NCBI RefSeq assembly: GCF_009914755.1
Contig: NC_060938.1
Source: the human T2T-CHM13v2.0 reference genome, Homo sapiens
DNA length: 64,000 nucleotides
Direction: 5' to 3' (one strand)
Numbering within the stretch: position 1 is the first letter of the stretch; the number at the start of each line of letters is the position of its first letter. The notes beneath the pieces are model-generated. The model did no database searches. It was not told the DNA's origin and saw only the letters and a list, made by a program, of their open reading frames with translations. Shown piece by piece: positions 27,134 to 42,200 of the stretch. The position numbers were made by a program, and so were the translations under genes.

Positions 27134-29290
27134 ATGGGCTTGGGGACAAACACAACTAACTCTTGATAAGCGTGCAACTTTTCTCATAGGAACAGAAGTG
27201 TGTGGGATCCCTAGCAAGTAGCCTACTGGCCACCTGCACTCCATGTGCTATGGTCATCTGTCAGCATATTTTATGAAAGGAACAGAAAGAGATGATTAAT
27301 CCAGCAACTTGATTGTGTATTTCTACATACTCACTCTGACTATATGTAAACATGACCTACTATGAAGTCCTAAATTATGTAGAATTTGATTATCTGGCAC
27401 TTTCCCTTACCATAATTGAATAATGGAAAAAAAATGTCTATTTTGTCTTAACCTCAAAGATTCAAAACATAGTTGGAAATATACATTTTTAAAAATGTTG
27501 AATTGTCCAAACTATTTACATTACACACTAGGGTAGGTTTTAGCATCTGAAGAATTGCTAGCTATCCAAAATATATCTTTTATATGTCCAAGATTGTTAT
27601 ATGTAGTCCCTAGAATCATATTTCTATCCTCTCTTCAGGCCTTGAGAATAAATAACATTTTCTATTTTTACTTGTTATCCTAGTAGGTTGAAGACAACAA
27701 ATATATCTTAACTTTTAAAAGATGTCTAACTGTAGTATTTTCCTTTTGATTACAGAATTTGTACAAGACACACTCGATATTTCAGGGAGACAAAAAGCTC
27801 ACCTATCCAAATAAAACCTCTCAGGTAATTTACGTGTTCACATAAGCCCATCAGAATTACAGGACATGGTCTTTTCACTAATACTTAACTCAAAATCAGA
27901 TAAACCCCATGGATAGAGATGAGGAATTTAATCCATTCATAGATATTTTCTGAGGGCTTTCCATGTGGAAGGAAGAGTGTTTGAGATATGGGAGCGTTAG
28001 CTAATATCACACATTTCCTGAAAATCCTAGAGGCAGTCATTTTAGTTAGAGTTGCCCATCTCATTGATAAAGAATGACCACACACATTTAAAACCTTCAT
28101 TTGAAAACTTGAAAATGGGACCCTGAGGCTATCATTTTGAGTACTTCTCTACAGATTACAAAAGAGCTAACAGTTCGAAAGTCTCCAGGAATTGTGGGAA
28201 TTTTTTAAATTTGTTTGGGGATGACATGGCTATCAAAAGTTTCCCTACTTCATTCTCCATGTTTTTGTGATCAAGAAATATTTTATAGAGATATTTTGCA
28301 TAACACCTTGATATAGAATGCAAGTTGATAAAAAATTCAACGAAAGAGATAAGAAATTATACTTTAACATAAAATTTCTACGTGACATGCTATTTATCTG
28401 TTTAATACTTCGTGCTGTGCACAACATAAAATCAGTTTGTCATAACCTTAAAGCATTCTTTTCTGGTTCTGAAAACTCCAGAATAAACTGCCATTCTTTG
28501 ACTTTCTCAAGCATAAAATGAAAACTGATTTTTTTCTTTGAAAAAATGAATTACCCTAGCTTGACAGAGGGTAATTAGCATACCCAATGCAAGTTAAGAG
28601 AATGGGTTGACAAGCACAAAGAAGACTAAGAAAACATGGGCACATTTTGCATGTGTTTTAATACATAAATGATTAAAAACATAACTATATATGTTAATTG
28701 CCACCAACTGCAACACAACCCTATTGGAAGACAATATTAAGTCACGGAAAATAGTACATCTTTAATTATTTGTCTATTCCATAAACAAGTTTAATTGGAA
28801 TCTAAAAACAGCAAGGGACAAAAGCTCAGTTCATTAGGGACCAACTAACTGTAAAGGGCAGATAAAAACCTTTTGTCTAATACAGATGTACCTCCGGAGC
28901 ACCATCGGAGAGCACCAGGCAGTGCAGTAATCAGTAATAAGAGGTGTTCTCATTATTAAGCTTATAAAGCATAAACCAGGTCACCACAAGCTTTGAAGAC
29001 ACTGATCATCAATTATTTCGCTAATTGTTTGTTCTGTTTGCATGTCTCAGGGTAAAAGGAAAAAGTCACTGAAGCGAAAAAGAGACACCAATAATTGCTA
29101 CCTCAGTGACAGTTGGTTTTTAATATCTCATTATTTATGATTTGTTTTGTTGTGCATATGTGACTTTAAGTCTACTGTATTAATGTATACCCAAGAAGCC
29201 TACTGTGTAACACTTCTGAAAGAATTACACAAATTAATCAGCAAACCTAGGCATAGAATCTGCCCCGCAAAGTCCTGCAAGACTGTTATT

Positions 29291-29292
<2 letters not shown>

Positions 29293-29341
<49 letters not shown>
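29293..29341. repeat. (GT)~24 microsatellite
   Basis: Perfect GT array. Confidence 0.97.
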
Positions 29342-29342
<1 letters not shown>

Positions 29343-29400
29343 ATGGGCGTGTGTATGAATTCAAGAATCTTCACTTATGGTGTTGAACTTCTTGCTGTCA

Positions 29401-29865
<465 letters not shown>

Positions 29866-30527
29866 CTAAAATAACAACAACAACAACCCTAATTACTTTG
29901 CATAATTACTTTAGGATAATTATTAAGTTGAAGTTAACATGAGTAATGAATCTGGAACATCATGGAATTCCATAAAAGGATTTGATTCTCTCAGTTCTAG
30001 CCATAAAGATAAGAGGTACGTTAGGATGAAGACATCCCTTTCTTAGAGCTGTGGAAGTCATTAAGTGCACAACACAGCCATTTCTGGCCATTTATAACTT
30101 ACAAGGCAATACCTCTATATTTTTCTTCCTTCCATTCAGTAATGTTTCATTAACAGATTAAATATTACCTGAAACTAAAGGCTTCACTACTTATTGTTAA
30201 ACTGAAAACGGAAATTCTCTAATAAAGAATGTTTTTAAGTTATGTTCAGAGATGCACATGTATACATTATAAAGTTTGGGGAAACTGATAGAAGTTGGTG
30301 TTTATGTGTGTCTTAAGCCAAGGAAAATACTATTTTGTCTACATCAGACTTCAAAAAAGTCAAGAAATTCTTTCTTTGAAGGGATCTTTCAAGGTCATTT
30401 CGTACCCCGCCAACTTAACTCTGCAGAATACAAAAAATGATAGGACTTTGCTTTTGCAGAGCTAATTTCTTCATATCACATTGAAGTACTTAGATCCCTA
30501 GTAAAGAGCTTTAATGGTCTCTGTCTA

Positions 30528-30872
<345 letters not shown>

Positions 30873-33362
30873 TCAGTTCTAGAAACTTGGCAGAGCCCAT
30901 GCCCTTTCTCAATGGAGTCAACTTTTCCTGAACAAACTGTGCGGACAGGATTAAACTGATATGACAACATTTCTCGTTCTGAGGAAGGTAAAGCTCAATT
31001 CTCTTTCTAATATGAAAAAAATGAGGTTATTGAAAGATACCTGGTTTCTTTACAAAATTAACATGGGGAAGAATTATTTAAACACTTTGTAGGAGAATAG
31101 ATTTCAGGTAACTGCACCTGTACTGTGGAAAATTACTCTTCAATTATGCAAAGTAATTAGGGTTGTTTTTCAACTGTTATGAAAACCCTGCAGTGTGCTA
31201 GAAGGTGCCTGCAACTCATGTGAAGATTCCATCATTGGAAGAAGGTGAGGGAATACGATTTGAAATAGAAAGCAGAAGAAAAAAGAAACCTGCTAGGGAA
31301 GAGGTATTTGTAAAATACTTAACTGACACACAGTGAGAAACAATTTAAAACATATTTGTTGATCACTTATAATTCACCTAGTATGCTAATAAGATTAATG
31401 AGATTTTCATGTCATTAAAATTCCCTTTTTAAAGATCCCTTTTTAAAGAATGAACTGTGCTAAGTGGTAATATGCAATTACAAATGGTCAATATATTACT
31501 TTAAATCTGAGTTTTTGAACTCTGTCTAGACTGATTTTAAAATTTATTTTTATGAGACAAAAGTAAAAGACTTAAGGCATGTTCTGATCCTAAAATAAGT
31601 AGAGGAAATGTTATTACCTTAGTAATTTTTAGGTTTTTCTTAGTGGCAAATTCTTTATTCCCAAGGCTGAAGTTTTTAAATGATTTCATTGACAATGAAT
31701 AAAAACTCATGAAGAAATAACCTTCATTTCACTTCAGTTGTCTTCCACATGCCTGCTCAGTGAGATGAATCAAGGCTCTTGAAACATTTGTTTTTGGTAC
31801 ACATAGTAACTCTCCTTGATGGTATAGATGGCATTGAAACTGTAATCACGACCATGACTTAAGAACGATTAAGGTCATCAGGCTACAATATCCATATTCC
31901 AACAAATCTGTGAGAGAGGATTTCATTCTAGGGTGTTCCCTTTGTCTTCTTCCCTTTTGTATTTCTATCATTGTCCATATTTCTATCACCATGATTGTAA
32001 TCACTGACCTCAACAATAATAAAATCAAACAACTGCTTGATAACTGCTGTAACAGAAATTGAACTGAGCATAATTAAAGTTTGGTTTAGTACTTGTTAGT
32101 TTAGAAAGTAAAATCATCAAATCATAACTATCTATTAATACCAATTGATAGTCTTGGTTCCATGAACTCCAGCATCTCTCTTTCACTTACACTACTCTCA
32201 GATGAATTGTAAGCTAAATATTTGTTTCTAAGACTATCCTTTTACATTTCTCTCAGCCCTTCATAATAACAGTGACACCGAGCACCACAAGCCTCCTGTT
32301 GAAAGTCGTAGTTTCAGTTAATTGTTGATACTAATGTGAAACCCACTTGCATGCTTTATCTTTTTTTAAGGCTCATAAATGAGTTGTCCATGTTTTCTGC
32401 CTTCATTTTCTAGCCTCTCAGTGAGATAGGAAGCATGCTTTAAAAACATCACCTCCCTCAGGACTGATTGTGCCTTAGAACTTCCACTGAAGTCAATAGG
32501 TGCTTTGTGTACACTCAGACTGGACTCATAATGAGCAGAGTTGATGAGAATCCAGCTTTCCAAGGATGACTAGTGCTGAGTCTTCAAGGTCATTCATCAT
32601 TTTCATCTGAGAAGGGAGACCCTTTATTTGCTCTCTCTTCTCAAATAGGTACACAATTAAAGGAGGAATTATTCCTCCCAGTGGCAATCACTTTATTAAC
32701 AAAGGGCACGTTGAGCCCCCATCTCCTCTCATTGCCAGATGGTCTGTGTGCCCAAGCAACTGAAGGCAGCCTCAATGAATATCTTACTTTTTTTCCTCAG
32801 AACTGCTGGCTCCATTACTTCTCTGCTGGCAAAAAGTGAAAGAAAATCCCCCTTGTAGGTTTACACTGCATTATTTAATTTTTTTTTGTAAACTATGAGT
32901 CAACATAAACAAAAGTGGCACCTTTTAGGTTGCCTATCCAATAATTAGGTTCAAATTACCATTTTTTAAGTTCTAAAAATCTGATATTGTGAGCCCATAT
33001 TTAGAATCGTCTGCTGGACAAAGTTGCAATTATGATAAAGTAGAGAAAAAGCCTTTATCCTAAATAGCATGCATCTTATCAACTTTCATCAAACATACCC
33101 AGATAGCACAATGCTCATAGTAATTTGTAAATTCACTTAGTAATAGAATTCTGGACTTCTGACAATGTCATTAAACCTAACACTCTTGAAATTTTCATAG
33201 TGCACTGAACATGATTTAACTGAGAGATGCTCTTGATCATATTTGTAAATAAAGACCTCCTGCCCCCAAAGAATACCATTCTTTTTCTAGGCATCGGTAA
33301 GTAAAGGAGAAGGAAAGTATCTTAGGAGGAAGATGGTTTGGGATAAAATCAGCAAAAGATGC

Positions 33363-33747
33363 TGTCTATGCTAGAAGGATAGCATAAGCTATGCTGCAGT
33401 AATAAACAACTCCCCAAATCTCAGCGACATAATACAATAAAAGTTTGTATTTATTGTGAGTTGCACTGCTCTCCTGTGAGGCTGTTCTTCAAATGGTGAC
33501 TGAGAGATCTCAGCAGCCTCCATCTTATAGCTATGCCATCTGAAACTCTTGGCCTCCAACAATACCATAGGAAGGAAAGAGAGAGGAGGAAGAGGTATAG
33601 CAGCTCTTAACTGACCAGCAATGACATGTATACCTTCCACCCAGTATCCAATGGCTACAACTAGTCACATGCGCCCAACCTCATAGAAGGTCTGGAGAAT
33701 GTAGGTGGCCACAAAACATTTGATGACTACAAACTCACGCTACTACA
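33363..33747 (-). mobile_element. MLT1J/K-like MaLR LTR
   Basis: tatgctgcagtaataaacaactccccaaatctcag...ctccatctt...ccaatggctacaactagtcacatg. Confidence 0.75.
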
Positions 33748-33929
33748 TTTTCTAAATAGCAAAGAGATTATCTAAAATTAGGATAAACACATAGTGGCAC
33801 TGATGCCAACATACTCCCCAATGCATTGTTCTATAACTAGGGTTTGCTGTGATGCAAAACAACCAAAAAAATCAGACAAAAACAAAAGCAAACAATCAAC
33901 AGAAGCCCCTAGTGATGGTCCTCTCCTCA

Positions 33930-34145
33930 TGGAGTTTCCTAGCCAAGTGGTTTTGGAGAAGCCTTTAGTGTCGCTAAGTTTCATACTTCCCACCTGTACT
34001 ATAAGGATATAATATTATCTCCTGGCAGCATTATCTTGAGGAATAAAGAAGATGTTGTGAGAATTAAATGAGATAACATATGTTAAAGTTAAACATCTAA
34101 CAGAATTCCTCACACATTTTAGGTTCTTAATAAATATTATTTCTC
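33930..34145 (+). mobile_element. MIR
   Basis: gttgtgagaattaaatgagataacatatgttaaag...cttaataaatattatt. Confidence 0.65.
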
Positions 34146-34653
34146 TCCTCCAATAAAGACCTATATAAATAGTATTTATAGCTAATATTACTTTTGGTGG
34201 GATGAATTACAAGGTAGTAATTAAAAGACTAGATTCTATCAATTTGAGCAGCAGCAATTGAAAAACATTAAAAATAAAATAAAAGAGTGGCTCTAGAGTC
34301 CAATAGTCCTGATTTAACATGAGTGGATCACTTAAATCTCTGTGACTTTCTACGGCCCCCCTCAATGAGAACTACACAGCATGATCACCTTAACTTATTC
34401 TTAAGATTTGTGACTGATAGAAATCAGAGACGGAGAAAATTTAAGGACACCAAGAAGTGTAGTTCAGAGAATCAGCAGCAAGTCAACGTTGTGGCCAGTC
34501 CCATTTTGTCCTTGTACCACAGTACTGTGAATTGTGATGGTTCCTTCAACCCTTCCCGCCCCAGTCTTGTTTGGTCCAAATAAGCCCTAACTTTGATCCA
34601 GATAATGCTTGCTCTTTTTTAAGCCTAAGACCCAGAAGCATACTTAATGACTA

Positions 34654-35282
34654 TGTCAGAGGCATTTGAACCAGAGCAACTCTATCTTTAATAGGGACTG
34701 GGTAAAATGAAGCTGAGACCTACTGGACTGCATTCCCAGGAGGTTAGCATTCTCAGTCACAGGATGAGATACGAGGTCAGCACAAGATACAGGTCGTAAA
34801 GACCTTTCTGATAAAACAGGTTGCAGTAAAGAAGCTAGCTACAACCCACCAAAACCAAGATGGCAATGAAGGTGACCTTTGGTTGTCCTCACTGCTCATT
34901 ATATGCTAATTATAATCCATTAGCATGCTAAAAAAATCTCCTACCAGCGCCATGAGAGTTTACAGATGCTGTGACAATGTCAGAAAATTACTCTACATAG
35001 TCTAAAAAGGGGAGGAAATCTCAGTTCTGGGAATTGCCCACCTCTTTCCCAGAAAACTCATGAATAATCCACCTTGTTTAGCATATCATCAAGAAATAAC
35101 CATATAAATGGCCAACCAGCAGCTTATGCTGCTGCTCTGCCTATGGAGTAGCCATTCTTTATTCCTTTGCTTTCTTAATAAACTTGCTTTCACTTTGCAC
35201 TGGGACTCGCCCCAAATTCTTTCTTGTGTGAGATCCAAGAACCCTCCCTTGGGGTCTGGATTGGGACCCTGTTCTGGTAACA
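34654..35282 (+). mobile_element. MER41B solo LTR (ERV1), 629 bp
   Basis: TGTCAGAGGCATTTGAACCAGAGCAACT start; ccaagaaccctcccttggggtctggattgggaccc...GGTAACA end; length fits B rather than A. Confidence 0.92.
35025..35054. promoter_or_regulatory. Inverted pair of GAS (STAT) motifs in MER41B
   Basis: TTCTGGGAA (35025-33) and TTCCCAGAA (35046-54), both TTCN3GAA. Confidence 0.65.
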
Positions 35283-35973
35283 TCTACACCTGTTATCTTC
35301 AGCTCCCACAAGGCAGTTCCTAGAAGTACCTTCATATAGTGTTAGTATGCCCAATTGTTCCCATGCACTCCAAAACATGAGAGTGAGTTTCCAGAAACAG
35401 AAGAGAATGTATTTATAGATAAGATCTAACTCTATTTGAAGAAAAGGGAAGATTCTGAGAGAAAGTCTTGGCCCTGGCCTCATTAAATTTAAGATGCAAA
35501 CTATATATAAACAAAGATAAAATGAAGTATAAGAGGCAGAGAATTTGGCAGAGGACTTCAATTCTAACTTTCATTGAAAAAAGCAAAAGTTAATGACACC
35601 TACAGGTGAAATAATCATATTTGCATTTCTGTAGTTTGTATTTTTCCTACACAAATTTAAGGAAAAGAAAAATGGAACTTAGTTATATCTGTGTGCTATT
35701 GTGTTTGGAGGTAGTGGGATGCCTTGTGGCTTATCCAGTATAGTTTCTTTTCATTTTTCACTTTTGCTATTATTTAAATTTTCATGTCTTATCTTCCTAA
35801 CTGGATTATGTATTTACTTACAGATGGAAAGAGTTCTTGATACTTCCCAGCAGGGTGATTAAGAGAACGGACAGTCAACAGACAGATTTGGGTTTGAATC
35901 CAAACTCCCGTGAAATATGTAACCTTCGGCAAATTACTTAACTGCTCTGAGTCTTTGAAGAAGGAGAATACTA

Positions 35974-36423
35974 TGTACGGGGTTGAATAGTGTTCCCCAA
36001 AGACTCATGTCCCGCCCAGACCTCAGAATGTGACCTTATTTGAAAACAGGGTTGTTGCAGATCTATTATTAAGAAAAGGTCGTATTGGAATAGGATGGGC
36101 CCTTAATCCAATATGACTAGTGTCCTTACAACAAGAGGAGAACACCATGTGAAGAAACAGAGAGGGACAACAGCCATGTGTCAACAGAGACAGAGACTGC
36201 AGTTAAGCAGCTGCAAGCCAAGGCCTGCCAAGGATTGTTGGAAACCACCAGAAGTTAGGAGAGAGGCATGGAACCAATTATCTCTCTGAGCTCCCCCCAA
36301 AAATGAACAAACACATCACCTTGATTTTGGACTCCTGACCTCAACTGTGAGCTCAACATTTTTGTTGTTTTAAGCCATTAAATTTGTTATAATTTATTAT
36401 GGCAGCCCTAGGAAACTAATACA
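35974..36423 (+). mobile_element. MLT1C/B-like MaLR solo LTR inserted in a MIR
   Basis: gttgaatagtgttcccc...cctcagaatgtgaccttatttg...ggcagccctaggaaactaataca; MIR pieces on both sides. Confidence 0.88.
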
Positions 36424-36512
36424 ACTTACTAATAACACATTATAAATTTTAATAGAAACAGTGTGTATGGAGCACATACCATGATGCCTAGCATGCAGTA
36501 ATCACACAGTAA

Positions 36513-37189
<677 letters not shown>

Positions 37190-37340
37190 ACTTACTTATT
37201 AAGAGAATGAGAGGCAATATACCAAAAAACTGTCCTCTTCATTCAGAATTTCACTAGAGAATAAGGCGATTGGAATCCTCCCTTTCTAATTTCTAAGAGC
37301 AGAATAAATCATGTAATTATAAATAAACATTAAATGTTGT

Positions 37341-37388
37341 TGGTTGGAGTTTTTGGATGTTTGATGGTTGGAGTTTTTGGGTGTTCGA
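37341..37388. repeat. 24-bp tandem repeat x2
   Basis: tggttggagtttttggatgtttga / tggttggagtttttgggtgttcga. Confidence 0.85.
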
Positions 37389-37448
37389 TGCTGGCCATTT
37401 TAAGTAATGAGGCAAAAATGAGCTGATTGAACTAATTAAAGAAAAATA

Positions 37449-37480
<32 letters not shown>

Positions 37481-37864
37481 TTATTGAATCTGAGGGTTGC
37501 ACAGCTGGGAAAACACAGGGCATAGAAAATATTGAGGCAGGAACTATATAACCATAGATCAGCTGCTGGAGAAGCAAAGAAAGAGAAATCAACTCTGAGC
37601 AGTTAAATGAGAGAAGAAAAATTCCTGATAGCAGGCCAAAGCAAGCAAACAGACTAGGAGGAAGAGTACAGGCTTCAGCAAACAAAGGGACTTTTGGGCT
37701 AGATTTTACTTTTCCTACTGCCACTTTTTAAAAATAGAATGCTTATTCATTTTTTTCCTCCAAAATCTTATTTTCAGGAGTAAAGGATTTTTGAAAATAC
37801 AAAGGAGCACAAAAAATAAAAAGCACTCATAATATACTGAGACAGAACCTATTTAAAATCCAAT

Positions 37865-37975
37865 AAATTAAGTTCCCTGAAAACAGGAGTCGTGTCTGTC
37901 TTGTTCACTGAATTCCCTCCTCTGTGCCTGCCAGGCAGGAGCTATGCAATAAATATTCATTATATGATAAAATGA
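37865..37975 (+). mobile_element. L2 3' end
   Basis: aagttccctgaaaacagg...tgtctgtcttgttcactg...caataaatatt. Confidence 0.7.
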
Positions 37976-38493
37976 GCTTGTTTAAGTATATTTCCTTCCT
38001 GACTTTCTCCAAATGTATATCTTTTGGGATTACGCTGTATCTGTTGTTCCACTTGAGAACTGAAGTTCTAGCTTTCTAGTTTCGGCATTTCCTATCTTAC
38101 AAGTATCAATCAGGGCAGCCACTGTGCACTGGGAAAGTTATTATAACACTATTTTGATGAACACAAATGGCAAATGTGGGTTCTAGTTTTATTGTATATT
38201 CCAAAATCTTAGAAAATATAAGAGCAATGATTTTCATAAAATGTTGCAGGTGTTTCTCATGAGAATAAACTCGAGAAACAAAATTACTTCTGTAATTTAT
38301 TATTATATTTTAAAAATAGAAGAAAGAAAATATTAAATTAAACTAAAATTGATAAAGTTCTATCACCTAGAGAAAAGCACTGTTTTACTTTCACTTTCTT
38401 CCACTTGAGAATAAATACATATATTCATGTGTTTTTTTTTTCAATAAAAAAGTGATTACATACTACATACTGTTCTGTAACTTGAATATTTTA

Positions 38494-38794
<301 letters not shown>

Positions 38795-38876
38795 TATATA
38801 TATTTTACTTAATATATTTAATATATATTCTCTATATATATACGTGTAATTATAAACATTTATATATATAAAACAA

Positions 38877-38909
<33 letters not shown>

Positions 38910-38919
38910 ACATACTTCC

Positions 38920-39203
38920 ATACTTCCATGGCAAAATTAGAGATATAATATTGATGACAGTATGAGATTCTATAAAATAGCTGTAGCATAATTTATTTAA
39001 ACTGCCCCATGTTGCTATATATACAGAACATTTCTATTATTTTGATATTACAAACAATGCTGTGATAAATATCATTATGCATACATCTTTGTGCACCTGT
39101 CCAATTATTTCCTTAGGTTACTGTCCAAGAAGCAGAATGCTGTGTCAAATGAACTAAGAGTTTTTGATACTGCTGCAAAATTGTACCCAGAAAGATGGTA
39201 TCA
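38920..39203 (-). mobile_element. Old L1ME fragment (appears to resume at ~47225-47340)
   Basis: tattacaaacaatgctgtgataaatatc...attatttccttagg...agcagaatgctgtgtcaaa. Confidence 0.65.
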
Positions 39204-42200
39204 GGGAGACATTATCAAGATGGCTGACTCAAGGTGCCCAGCACTTAACTCCTCCATGAGAAAAAGATGAAAACAACAAAAAGATAACCACAAGCTGAAT
39301 ACAATGTCTAAGAGAGAACAACGGAATTCAACAAAGAAGCAACAAAGACCCTCAGAGGCAGAAAAACTTGAAATGGCAACATAGAGAGGTAAGTGAAGCA
39401 GCCAAATGGGATCAGCTCAGAGCCAAGAGGGACTTCCCATCACAAGGCAAAGGTTAAGTGGGAGATTCCCCAGTAGTCCACATTCCCAGAACATATATCC
39501 TTAATCCTGACTACAGGAGAGCCCCTCATCCCTCACAGGCCCCGAGTCCACTACAGGGAGCTGTGTAGAGTCCATGCAACTGCATTGTCCCTGAGAGAGA
39601 ATCCACACTGGATGCTCCACAGCCCCCAGGAACCAGGCTGATTTAGCACGACACCATGTTGAGAGCAGAACTACTGTCAGACTAAACCTTTCCATGGGAC
39701 CCAACAGCTCCTACATCTACATATTCCTGGAGTCCCAAAAACGCCCCCACATATCCGTCAAGAGAGCTGTAGCACTGTGACACCACCTGGACCCAGGGGT
39801 GCAGCTGCATCCTCAGCACCTGGGCCCACACAGTAGACTACATCCTGGAAATGTGGTTCACTACATCAGGGAGGCTCCCTCTGGACATAGAGGAATGAAG
39901 TACACAGTCTCTAGAACCTGAAAACTATTAGCTTAGAGCCACTACTGCCAAGAGCAACTCTGCCCAACCCCAATGGTAGGGCTGCCACATGACCACTACC
40001 CAGAGGACTGAGGACCAGTCGACCCAAGGTCTGCCATTGCCATCACTGGTGGCTCCACCCCCTCCAATGGCAGGAGCACCACATACCCAAGCACAGTCCT
40101 CAGGGACCTGAGGACTTGTCTGTCCAGTGTTCTCATCTCCAGCAAAACCACTCCACAGCCTCAACAGACAATTGAAGTATAAGCCCCTGCAGAACTCACA
40201 GACACTGCTGACAGTGATTACAGGTGAAGAAATCACAGGGAGACTACACTACTGCACCCACCCAGAACCAAAGTCAAAGCACACTACACAACTGACACTG
40301 TAGATACATCTACAGGAAACCCTTTCCTTTTGAAAGCTACTACATACAATTGAAAGAAATGACTGTTACACCAGATATGCAGATATCAACATAAGGACAC
40401 AAGAAACACAAAAAGCAAGAAATATAATTCTCTAATGACAGACTTCAAGAAAAAGAAATCTATGAAATGCCTGAAAAAGAATTCAAAATAATGATATTAA
40501 AGAAATTCAGTGAGAGACAAGAAAACACAGATACATAATGCAAAGAAATTAGGGAAATAATTCATTATCTTAATGAGAAATTCAACAAAGAAATAGATAT
40601 CATAAAAAAGAATCAAACAGAACTTTTGGAACTGAAGAATTTAATGAATGAAATGAAAGTACAATTAAGAGCTTCAACAATAGAATAGAATAAATGAAGA
40701 AAGAATTTCTGAACTTGAAGATAGATCTTTAAAAGTAACCCATCAGACAAAATTTTAAAAGAAAAGCAACTAATAAAAAGAAGAGAACAAAATAAAAATA
40801 ATGAAAAAATTCTACATGACATATGGTATTCCATTAAGCAAAAGAGTATTTGCATTTTCAGAGTTCCAGAAAAGAAAGAGATGGGGAAAAGCATAAAAAA
40901 CATATTTTATAAAATAATTGCTAAAAATCTCAAGTCTTAGAATATATATAGACATCACGATATAGGAACCTCAAAAGTTCCCAAATAGATTCAACCTAAA
41001 ATGATTCTCTCTGAGGTACATTATAATTAAACTGTCAAAAGTCAAAGACAAAGAAAGAACTGTAAGAACAGCAAACGTGAGAGAAAAGTGTGAACATCAG
41101 TTCACAAGAATCTCCTCAGACTAATATTTGATTTCTCAGCAGAAATATTACAGACAAGGAGAGAATGAGATTATATATGCAAAGTGCTGAAAAGAAAAGA
41201 AAAACCTGCCAGCCAATAATACTATATCCAGCAAAGCTATGATTTAGAAATGAAGGAGAAATAAATTCATTCCCAGAGAAGCACAAACTGAGGGAATTCA
41301 TCACCACTAGACTGTCCCTACAAGAAATGCGTAAAAGAGTCCTACATCTGTAATCAGAAGAATAATATCTACCATCATGAAAACACATGAAATTATAAAA
41401 CTCGCTGGCAGAACATTTCTTCAAAAATTCTGAGTGAAGCAAAAAAAAAAAAAGAAACATAAAAAGAAACCTCATTGCTAGAACAGATACACAAATGAGA
41501 AAGAGAAAAGGGTAAAATATTAATATTATCACTACAGAAAACCACCAAATTGCAAAGACAAACAATAAGAAAAAAGAAAGGAACAAATAATATATAAATT
41601 AATCAGAAAACACTAGAATGACAAGAGTATGTCCTCATCTATCAGTAACAACTTTAAATGTAAATAGCTTATATTCCCCAATTAAAATACATAGACTGGC
41701 TGAGTGGATTTCAAAAACCAGCAACTAACTATATGCTGCCTGCAAGAAATTCACCTTGCCTATAAAGACACATAGATTGAAAGTTAAGGAATGAAAAAGA
41801 CAGTCCAAGCAAACAGAAACCCAAAGTGTGCAGGAATAGCTATACTTATATCAGACAAAATATACATTAAGACAAAAAACATAAACAGAGACCAAAAATT
41901 ATTATGTAATCATAGACATATCAGTTCACTAAGAAGATGTAACACTTGTACATATAAATGTATGTATGCATCCTACACCAGAGCACCTAGATATATAACG
42001 CCAATAACAGAGCTAAAGGAAGAGATTTACTACAATACTATTATAGTTGGGGACTTCGACTCCCAACTTTTAGCATTACACAAATCATCTAGACAGAAAA
42101 TTAACAAAGAAACATCAGGTTTAATCTGCAAACAGACCAAACAGACCTAACAAACATTTACAGAACATTTCATCCAACTGCCACAGGACATGCATTGTTC

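Noticed and set aside
37341-37394. CRISPR-like or coding repeat
   Set aside because: Only two adjacent 24-bp copies with no spacers, in a eukaryotic context
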